A stretch of DNA of 59,146 nt, counting the filler, from Piptocephalis cylindrospora (Eukaryota): NCBI GenBank assembly GCA_003614145.1. It is 8 parts of 8 records of this genome, joined end to end, with 100 filler letters (N's around TTAATTAATTAA, not from the genome) between each part and the next. Parts side by side here need not be neighbours in the genome. Positions count along the whole stretch, not along the records: positions 7,454 to 14,794 come from KZ988211.1; positions 14,895 to 22,214 come from KZ988212.1; 6 more parts are not named here. The stretch is one strand, 5' to 3'. Position 1 is the stretch's first letter, and every line of letters starts with the position of its first letter. The position numbers and the translations under genes were made by a program. A model generated the notes under the pieces. That model ran no database searches. It saw only the letters and a program-made list of their open reading frames with translations, and was not told the origin of the DNA. This document shows, piece after piece, positions 13,301 to 22,314 of this stretch.

Positions 13301-14794
13301 CAGTGCCTGGTAAGTCAGTATAGGAGGGAATTGGAGCCAGAAAAGATATGAAAGGGTCAATTAACCTTTTTTTTCATTCCCATTTCATCGTGTTCATCTG
13401 CCCTCTCCCTTAGGGTCAAACACTGCTTATATGCCTATCCGATCAACGAGTGATGTGAATGTCATTGGTAAGGGATTGTGCCTCTTTTTTTACAACTACC
13501 CTTCCTCTCACGAAATCTCCCCCTTCCCCTCTTTTGACGTTCATAGGAACTACATGCATCTCTTCGACACTCAGCTCATTGGAGGGACAAGTCTTTGATG
13601 TGTGTATTTTGGATGAAGCCTCCCAAGTCACTGAACCTATGGGTCTGATCCCACTGTCGCAGTTCCCTACTTTCCGCCGTCTACTACTCGTCGGGGATCC
13701 TTTACAGCTGCCTCCCACTGTAGAATCAGTTCCTCCTTCTTTTAATAGAGACTCCCTAGACCCCATCAAGGGAAAGGGTGCTACAATGGGAGGTCTTACT
13801 CGAACCATGTATGAAAGGCTTTGCCAGCTCGGACATCATCCCACCACCCTATCTACGCAGTATCGAGTAAGCCATGTGACTCATGCCACAGAGAGGATAA
13901 ACGGTCGATTCAAGTCGCCTCCCTACTCTGGCGCCTCGACACCTCCTTTCACTCATCCCCCCTCTTTTCCATAGTGTCATCCGGATATCTCAGCTGTATG
14001 CAATGGTCTCTTTTACCAGGGAAAGCTCCAAGATGGAGTTAGTAGACAAGATCGATCAGCTTTACTGCGGGGATGGCCGGCATTGATGATGGTGGATGTA
14101 CAGGGTGGCCGGGAGCACCTGGAGGTGGGGGCCCGGTCCTACAGTAACGTCTCTGAAGCGGCAGCTATTGTGTATGCCGTCCAAAGGATGATGGAATGCG
14201 GCCTTCAGGAAAAGGATATTGGGGTCATTTGCCTATGTAAGTGCGAATAAGCGTCCTTTTTCGTCTGTGATTCACTCTTCTGTCGGTCACGTTCCTGTGT
14301 TGTTTTCGAAGGCCTCTACAACTTACTTTTGCACGCTCACGCTAATATGATCTGAAATCATTTTGTATTTTAGATAAGGCTCAGGCAAATAAGATTGAGT
14401 CTGGGCTTCTTGCCGCCGATTCTCCCTTTGATCTGGATAAGGTACAAGTGAGCACAGTAGATGCTTTTCAGGTACGTGAATGCTTACTGATTGGCACGTT
14501 CCTTTTGACATATTTTGCCTTTTTATCATCCCCTCACTCTCTCGATTAACACACATTGGTCCTCCTCTTCCCCCTTATATTACAGGGATCGGAGAGAGAG
14601 GTCATCATTGTATCGTGTGTACGTAGCAAACAGGTGGGGTTCATTGGGGATCCACGCCGAGTCAACGTGGCTGTCAGTCGGGCAAGAAGGTGAGGATGGG
14701 TGGGATGGGGACCAAAAGATCCAGGATATCATCTCATGTACTTCCTCCCTATCACGAACATTCTTGTCTGATGACATCCAGACACTTGATTATT
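10315..14794 (+). CDS. ZGRF1: ZGRF1-like protein: N-terminal DUF2439 plus C-terminal DNA2/NAM7-type SF1 helicase; many introns; 3' truncated by contig end
   Basis: [26 protein letters not shown]...[14 protein letters not shown] (DUF2439-like). Helicase motifs [76 protein letters not shown]. Confidence 0.85.
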
Positions 14795-14894
14795 NNNNNN
14801 NNNNNNNNNNNNNNNNNNNNNNNNNNNNNNNNNNNNNNTTAATTAATTAANNNNNNNNNNNNNNNNNNNNNNNNNNNNNNNNNNNNNNNNNNNN

Positions 14895-14949
14895 TTAAAA
14901 AGGTGGGACCTCGTGGTCGGAGTTTCCCTGTAATGATGACATCATTACA
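14895..14949 (-). mobile_element. First 55 bp of an LTR (5' LTR or solo LTR) of the same family as 21600-22039, cut by the contig edge
   Basis: Identical to 21985-22039. Begins TGTAATGATG on the minus strand and is not preceded by the polypurine tract. Confidence 0.8.
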
Positions 14950-16366
14950 TTATCGGAAAATGGGTAGCCACACATCCCAGAACAGTATCAAATTTTAGCT
15001 CTTTCTAAATAGCTCGCACACCCTTAGCTTGGGAGGGTAATAATCTTGCAAACTCTGTATTTGGAATGTACTCCCTTCACCTATGATAGAATTTCCTTGC
15101 GCCACCTATGGGTTCAAGTAAAAGGCCCATTCATAATGCCGGGGTTTTCCATCGGCTCATTAATAGACATGTTATTTTATAAACCAATTGCACTTCGATC
15201 TTACTAGTAAACCGGTGATCATAATAATAGCGCCTATTATTTCTTGTAATTGCCTTTCCAACATATCCCATATGCAGTCTGCCTGCTTCCGGTGTACTCC
15301 CGCTATTTTATCATAGTTAAGCCGCCCTATTAATAAACTTATCTTGTTAGCCTCCCTTTAATTGCTAAATTTTTTGCATGGTCACAGTAGGTTTTCTTGT
15401 ATAAAAATTTATTGTCATATGGGGAAACACACACCCAAGGAACATTTCAAAAGTGTGGAAATTTAAAGACGAACTCACACAGTAGATTTTATGTAATAAT
15501 TCTTTCAAAATAGGATAAATGTTTTAACAGCAAAACATGATTCATGAGGTGTGGTAGTAACGAGATATTAGAAATTTGAACCTGTAAAATTATCTAGAGA
15601 TTATTATTAATAGAATATAAATATATAGTAGGACGCAACAGACGACCCCATCGCAAGATTTACATAAGGTTACTAATGTATGAAAAGCAGCTCCTGCTAT
15701 GCTTTTAATCAATGGGAGGGGGAAGGTGATGGAAAAGGGACGGGTGCATATTTTCTGCTTTCAGTATTTTTCCAAATAAATTGGACGCCTTGCATATTAT
15801 CATAGCGTTATCGTAAGGAGCGATATATAACGCTCAAAAAATTGTAAAATAAATACAAGATAGCAGCACTCAGACATGCCATCCCTGAGTAAATAGTTCG
15901 AAAAGAAGCGCAGAGACATGAAATTAATTAATTAAGTTGGAGTGGGCTGGATTGAATAGGGAGCACTTTTTTGAACGCTCGCCGCTGCCCTCTCTAAAAT
16001 AAGGACAGCACAACAAATCTCTGTGCGTCCTGCAGCCTGCCATCTCTTTATTTTCCAACCTTTTCTGTTGCTCTTCAGGCCTTTTCCCTCCGCTTACAAA
16101 AAGAATGGACGAGAACAAAGGAGAGGAAGAAAGGTAAAGAGAAGAATAGCAATGCATTCTAGGCTGGGAAAGGGAATGAGAGGGAAATGAACATCATTTA
16201 CCATAGAGTTCGATAAGTTGGATGTGCAAGGACGTTTTGGTTGTGGGAAATGATCCCAAGATAAAAGCCGAGCTTATAAAGCACCTCAAAACACCAAAAT
16301 AAAGCATAGAATAAAGGCAAAAATTGTATTAAAAGAAAAGCAGACCCTCCCCATCACCATAGACTC

Positions 16367-17011
16367 TCAGTCTAAAGATGCCTCATACAGACTGACGTGC
16401 TCTGGCTTAGATTTTTCCAAAAGGTAATCCCGCTTATCCCTCACTCGCTCCTCCACAAACTCTACCATGTACCTTGTGATATGCCTATCTAGGGCATCGC
16501 GATCACCCATGGCGTACATGTCCAGCTTCTTCTCCCGCATCCACCCCTGCTTGGTAACCTCGTTGAGGAGGTCACTGTCCTCCTTCTCCTCGTAAAGGAC
16601 ACCGTGGGTGTCGATGAGCCTTCCTTGGCAATCCCCTCTACCTTGCTGGTCCCAAAGGAACTCATCCAGGCACTCCTGGAAGCCCGTCGGATCCCGATAG
16701 AAGATCCCGGCGGCGGAAACCCGAAACTTCTTCAGCTTCTCCTGGATGGGGTTCCTCCCGCGCTTCCGGATCCGATGGCGCCGGCTGCGCTCGGTGCTGG
16801 TCAAGGCCCTGCACCCTGTACCCTCCGGCCTTTCATCCTGGGGAGATGGGATAACGGTATCCGGCGAAGGAGTGGAAGGGGAAGGATGGTCCAGGAGGCC
16901 GGTGGAGAAGGGGGAACCTTGAGGGGTGACAGAGGAGGGGGAGGGATGGTTGGACATGGTGTGTGCTGTCGGGGTATGGTAGTATGGTGTGTGCACATTT
17001 TGTGGGGACAT
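16367..17011 (-). CDS. Orphan 214-aa ORF with P/S-rich N-terminus and basic motif (ALTSTERSRRHRIRKR); possibly TE-associated DNA-binding protein
   Basis: GC-rich intact ORF within AT-rich surroundings; TATA-like sequence just upstream (about 17026-17033); no recognised domain. Confidence 0.5.
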   Translation of the reverse strand: MSPQNVHTPYYHTPTAHTMSNHPSPSSVTPQGSPFSTGLLDHPSPSTPSPDTVIPSPQDERPEGTGCRALTSTERSRRHRIRKRGRNPIQEKLKKFRVSAAGIFYRDPTGFQECLDEFLWDQQGRGDCQGRLIDTHGVLYEEKEDSDLLNEVTKQGWMREKKLDMYAMGDRDALDRHITRYMVEFVEERVRDKRDYLLEKSKPEHVSLYEASLD

Positions 17012-17912
17012 GTGCGCTCAGCCTTATATAAAATTAATTATCTCCGATGGCACGTGCGTGTGTGCGTTCTATTGATAAGGTAAGGATCTCAGTGGAACAT
17101 AGGCTTCCATTTAAGATAACCCTTTCCGATTGGTGATGTATCAGCTAGGTGAAAAGGGTATATAAGCGGCCTCGCCATGGAAACCATGAGATGGATCCCC
17201 TCTCCCCCCCTCCGTCCCCCCGTCCCCCATATGCTGTCATGGTCTCACATGGCCATCCTCTGGAAATAGAAATCTAATATGCTCTCATTTTGTCTCACTT
17301 TAAGCCATGCTATTTCCAGGCCTGGGGAACCTCCCATGGCCTTGCCTATGATACCATGGTCTCACCTATGGCATCATGGTCTCACATCGCCCCCCATATA
17401 TTGCATACCCCCTCATACTGCGTCATAGATACTCATCCGTCCCTCTCCGTCCCCCCTCCGTCCCCACACGTCCCGCAACCCATTAATGCAACGCTCGCAC
17501 AGAAAAGGCCCGCTGACCTTCCCATGACCCGCAATCCATACTTAAAATTTTTTCTTATTTTGCGTGTACTTTTTTATTGGCTGATCGACCTTCGATCACT
17601 TGTTTGTGCATGATGAGTGGTCCTAGTATATACTCTATGTGTGAAATTAGGGCTAATTTGGAGTGAGTTTTTCATCAACCCTTAAGTATGGGTCAAATTT
17701 TGGTGGTAATTGGTGCTAAGAAGAGTGGCAGGTATTGGAGGGTACTCAATGTAAAGCTTGATGTGGTCATGTTAATATGGCCATGTTATCAACAGTGCTG
17801 GGCAGATAAGGCACCGTATGCCCCTTACTGTCTTAATAAGGCATGCAAAGCTTTTTGAATCATGGTAAGCCACGTCTGCGTTGCTGATCCAGTTGGCTAA
17901 ACCAACTTGATG

Positions 17913-18123
17913 TGTAACAAGGCAACAAGAACAGAGGGACAAGATTTGATGTGTATTCCAAAGTCTGAGGGAAGGGGGACGAGAAGGGTTCCTTATATAC
18001 GAAAGGAGGGATTATCGGATGGTAGTTCTAGACTAGCCAGTTCTAGACCTGTCGGGGAATGAAAACCTTGTGGCAAGCTTTCATAATTTCGTGAAAACTT
18101 TTGTAATGGTTTTCATCATTACA
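17913..18123 (-). mobile_element. Diverged LTR-derived unit (solo-LTR-like)
   Basis: Minus strand begins TGTAATGATG like the LTR and ends TGTTACA; shares the TATTCCAAAGTCTG.GGGAAGGGG block with the LTR at about 21796 and aligns with 20602-20787. Confidence 0.6.
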
Positions 18124-19392
18124 ATATGGGTTGAGAACACGGGTTGAGGTATTGGTAAAATTATGTTGATTGGTTATACTGGGTCAAGAAGTGTATCTTG
18201 GAAGATGGGAGAGAGTAAACTTTGTGGAAGATGAAGTATGCATATCATGCCTATTATTATTATACAGGTGTATAGACATGGATAATGGTTGAAGGATACA
18301 TTGTGTAGAATCTAGTATGCCAGTACCTTTATCCTAATGTTCTATTCTTATCACTTACAATGATCCCGGTGAGTGTCTGATCGATGTGAACCTTCCCCTT
18401 TGGATATGGCTGGGTTTGAGCTGAGATATTAGACTCTAAAATTTAGGGTTGAGCATGTGGATTGAGCATGTGGGTTGAGAATGTAGGTTGGGAATATAGG
18501 TTTGGGTGTTGGTTATGATGGATCAAGAAAAGTGCCATGAAAGATATAGAAACGCCATCTTTATTGAAGATAATGTCTGCATATTATATCTGTTGACGGA
18601 AAAAAAAAGAAGGGATACTTTCTTATATATCCGTACCCTCGTCCTAGTATTCTAAAATAAACAATCACAGTAGTTCTTGGGGTCATACGGGCATTAAAAT
18701 CCGCCAAAGCACGTTTTAAATATGCAGTTTAATTTTGGCCGAGGTATTCTACTATAAAGTTTAAGGCTGGTTGAGGGTAGCGATTGGGATGTGAGCCAGG
18801 ATGTTGCTTAGCCCTGCTCAAGTAAAGCGTCTTGAATGATGGGAAAGGATGAGTCTTGTTGGGGATAAAAAAAGCTTATTATTGTGCATATTATTGTGCA
18901 TATTATATGGATAGACCTAGGTAATAAGAAGGGATATTTCGTGTAAAATCTTGTATATCTGTATCCTTATCCTAGCCTTTTTATGCGACTTAGAGGTGGG
19001 CTCTTCCTGATCATGCGAGTGTTCTTAATCATATCCCCTTTCATATGCATAAGGCTGGGTTGAGCTACTGGGCTTTAACATTTAGGACTGGGAGTGTTGG
19101 CTGAGGGTTGGGGTGTGGGATGGGAATATTGTTTGAAGGTTGATTGGAAAATTTGTTATGCTGGCCCAAGAGAAATGTCTTTAGAAATGTGAAAGTGTCA
19201 TTTTTGCTGTAGATAGATTATGCCTCTTACATATGGATGGGCTTGGGAAACAAAAGAGAGGATACAATGTGTAATACCATACATGCCTGTATCCACGACC
19301 TAGTGTTCTGAAGTATACAGCCACAAAAGTCCTTGTAGTCATGTAATTTGTTCAACCACCTCCCGTTGAATATGGCTTAGTTAGGCCGAGAT
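18124..19392. repeat. Degenerate tandem array, about 4 units of about 320 bp
   Basis: Recurring ordered motifs (GGTTGAG repeats, then TCAAG/CCAAG, GCATAT, GGATA, TCCTA/ACCTA) starting near 18125, 18445, 18765 and 19055. Confidence 0.6.
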
Positions 19393-19655
19393 TGTAACAA
19401 GCAAAAATGAAGGAGGGGAAAGGGGGGAGGAAAAAGGAAGAAAAGGGAAAGAGGGGGAAATGGGGGATTTCCCTTGTCAATGGGGGTCCGGAGGAAAAGA
19501 AGCTCCGAGAAAGGTTTAAAGCTCGTCATCAAGATACCATCGGTTTCCTTTGTGGGGACGGAGTCTAGATGGGGGCCGAGGGAAAGAGGAGGCGTGTGGC
19601 TGTACCCATACAGCCTTGACGCCAATCTTATAACGGTAATGGCATCATCATTACA
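19393..19655 (-). mobile_element. Diverged LTR-like unit with termini TGTAATGATG...TTGTTACA
   Basis: Same termini as 17913-18123; interior more divergent; directly abuts the broken end of the pseudogene at 19656. Confidence 0.45.
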
Positions 19656-20570
19656 TCCTCCATCTAATCATCCCGTCTCCCTCTAGGTGTTTCTCGAGGG
19701 TAGTTGAGGTCATGCCCTTGACTCCCTTGCATGCAGCATGAAAAAGAATCCAGTAAAGCGTAGCGAGAGTTTTTCCGTGCCAGCGATTATCCCACGCATG
19801 GCTGGGGCCAAATTCCTGACCAGACCCTGTTGTTGTAGATACTGCCCAAAAGAGCCTTTGGGGAGCAGAGAATGAAATAGCCCCCTGGAAGGGCAGAAAT
19901 CGCAGCGTTGGTCTTGCGGGACACGATCCTTGAGAGCTGGATAAATGACCTCGTCATACCATTGATTTAAAATATCGTCCGATAGGTAATCTTGATTGGG
20001 ATGACCTAATTTTCCTGAAAGGGAGGCAAAAATGGCGTGGATACTTATCACGCCCTTCACATCACCGAAGGGACAATGGGGAGTCTGGTAGATAAGGCTG
20101 AGGGCCTCTTGTCCTGGGCATTTCACATATTGGTGGCTACCGCGTGAGTTTGTTCGCCTTTTCGGATCCGGGTAGAGCGTCATGGGGTGAGTGAGGGGTA
20201 GGTGTTCGAGATTTCAGAGGACCGAGTCGACATCAACACGGATATCCACCGTGAATGAGGTTTGAACATGGACCGATTCGAATCAAAGATGTTTCGGAGC
20301 TGCGTATCCATCCGCCGAGTGGCCATGGATTACTCGATGCAAGTCCTGGCAGGACCTTGGAAGGGCCACGTTGCCTTCAAAGGCGAACTGATCAAAAACC
20401 TCATCCAGAGTTTCAGCTGGGCCTTCGTCCCCATTATTGCTACCGTCTTCCTCTCCCTCGGCTTCTTCATCACGATGTTCCTCCTCCTCACCTACATCAT
20501 CATGATATCCCTCCTCCCACCCTCTGAAAAGTATTCCCAGAGTCTGAAGGGAAATTTGAAGGTTCTCCAC
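19656..20570 (-). pseudogene. Pseudogene of an uncharacterised, probably TE-associated fungal protein
   Basis: ORFs 20283-20570 and 19710-20183 are in the same frame, separated by two TGA codons (KHL*FESV...VDVDSVL*NLEHLP). A probable 1-bp loss near 19726 shifts LHA into GVKGMTST. Confidence 0.6.
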
Positions 20571-20601
20571 TTTTTGTGTAGAACAAAGTATGAAGGGTCA
20601 G

Positions 20602-20945
20602 TGTAACAAGGCAACAAAAACAGAGGGAAAGGATTTGGTGTGCATTCCAAAGCCTGGGGAAAGGGGGACGAGAGGGGCGCCTTATGCATGAAAAGGGAAA
20701 TTATGGGGCAAGAACTAGCGCTAGACCTGGTACTACTAGTTTTTGTGTCGGAGTGCTAAAATTTTTGTGGTAATTTTCATCGTTACAATTTCCATCATTA
20801 CGGAATTATTTTACTCCGTCTGCCCCGAATTATCCCCCCTCCCATTATTTTCTCTCGTCTATAAAAGATGCCCTCCTTGTCCCCTTTCTCTCAGGTTTTG
20901 GAATACCTATCAAATATTTATTTTTTTCTCTCTTGCCTGGTTACA
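20602..20945. mobile_element. Fold-back/MITE-like element made of two inverted LTR-derived arms
   Basis: Left arm TGTAACAAGGCAA...CATTCCAAAGCCTGGGGAAAGGGGGAC; right arm (about 20819-20945) is its imperfect reverse complement and ends TTGCCTGGTTACA. Confidence 0.6.
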
Positions 20946-21599
20946 ATTATGGGGTAAAGAGGGAACGATGGGGGGTAGACTCCTTACAATGGGGGATAGC
21001 AGCATTATTCCTGTGCATACATTGTCTGTAATGGCATTTCCTTACTGCGGCGCCCATGCCAGCCACTGCCCTTGTAGCGTGATAGCAATGTTTTCCTTTT
21101 TTATTTATATATTTATTTTCATATTTCATATTATTATTATTCCATAATACGGGAGCCAGCATACAGGAGAGAGATATACATGGCTACTCCCCCCCGTAAA
21201 AAATTAATTTCTTCTTTTATTTTTACCTTCTCCTCCCTCTCCCTCCTTTCTTCGACTCACAACTTCCACGCTTCCCCCGCACTGGTCCGCAATTCGTGCC
21301 TTCTGAGGGCTTTTCGAATTTTTATCCCTGACTCCTTGATGTCTTCGTCCCTCCAATGCATCATAGCCTCATTTTTAGCCAGTGTTGAAAAATAAATTAC
21401 TATAAATCCGAACCGGGTTATTTGCTTAAACAAAAAATATTTTCCATCTCCTTGATGGCTACTCCAATGCGCTGTGGTGCTCTTTTTTATTCCTTTAGCT
21501 GAGGTGCGAAAAATTAAAACATCAAAATCGGAGTAATATTTCTTGCTTGAATTTACAATAGCCCCTCATCTCCGGGCTAGTCCGCTAGCCACCGTTTAT

Positions 21600-22039
21600 T
21601 GTAGGCGCAATTCAGTCGACCAATTCTCAAAGAGCGATAAAAGGTCTCTGTGATCACCTTTTATTCAATTCCTGGGCTTCCCTGTCCCCCCCCCTGTTCC
21701 CTCCTGTTTCCTCCCTGCTTGCCCCTGTTATATAACAGGGACAGGAGACCGGAGGGAACAGGAGGGGACAGGGAAGAAGCTAGCGAAAGGGTGTCTATTC
21801 CAAAGTCTGGGGGAAGGGGACAAAAAGAGCTTCCTCTTATAGAGGGGAAAACAGGAAAAGAGGAGAAAAGAGAAAAGGACTGATTTAATCTATCGAGGAC
21901 CCGTGTCCCCGATAGATTAAAGACGGGGACCCGCGTCCTCGATAAATTAAGGGGCGGACCCCGTTTTCGGAGTTCCACGATAGATTAAAAAGGTGGGACC
22001 TCGTGGTCGGAGTTTCCCTGTAATGATGACATCATTACA
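21600..22039 (-). mobile_element. 3' LTR of a chromodomain-bearing Ty3/Gypsy retrotransposon (low-coordinate end approximate: 21600 or 21649)
   Basis: Starts TGTAA right after a purine-rich tract; TATATAA at about 21734-21728; AATAAA at 21665-21660; candidate end ...CCTACA at 21600. Confidence 0.75.
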
Positions 22040-22054
22040 CCATCACCTACCCTC
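22040..22054 (-). promoter_or_regulatory. Polypurine tract (plus-strand primer site) of the retrotransposon
   Basis: GAGGGTAGGTGATGG lies between the pol stop codon and the LTR TG. Confidence 0.65.
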
Positions 22055-22214
22055 ATGAGCTTGACGGCGGGGGGGCTTGAGCGGCTTCGAACTCCTGGAC
22101 TAGGCGGAAGGCATTGTCGAGATTCTTGACGGGTTCCCAGGAGTTGTCTGATGTGGGGTAGTCCTTCCACTTGACGAGATACTCGGTCGATTGGCCACGG
22201 CCGCGTTTCCGGGT
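22053..22214 (-). CDS. C-terminal chromodomain of a chromovirus pol/integrase (partial; not in the ORF track)
   Basis: Translates TRKRGRGQSTEYLVKWKDYPTSDNSWEPVKNLDNAFRLVQEFEAAQAPPPSSS*, the canonical chromo motif YLVKWKxY...SWEP..NL. Confidence 0.9.
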   Translation of the reverse strand, partial: TRKRGRGQSTEYLVKWKDYPTSDNSWEPVKNLDNAFRLVQEFEAAQAPPPSSS

Positions 22215-22314
22215 NNNNNNNNNNNNNNNNNNNNNNNNNNNNNNNNNNNNNNNNNNNNTTAATTAATTAANNNNNNNNNNNNNNNNNNNNNNNNNNNNNN
22301 NNNNNNNNNNNNNN

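Noticed and set aside
15924..15935. TTAATTAATTAA without flanking Ns
   Set aside because: Probably a natural AT-rich match; no N padding, and contig sizes fit without a join here.
21884..22020. CRISPR-like array of palindromic repeats
   Set aside because: Units are degenerate and nearly adjacent, with no unique spacers and no cas genes; they lie inside a eukaryotic LTR.
14895..22039. 55-bp direct repeat suggesting a circular 7.1-kb plasmid or virus
   Set aside because: The repeat is the start of an LTR that follows a chromodomain and PPT, and the contig continues past the second copy. Two LTR copies with an assembly break at the repeat explain it better.
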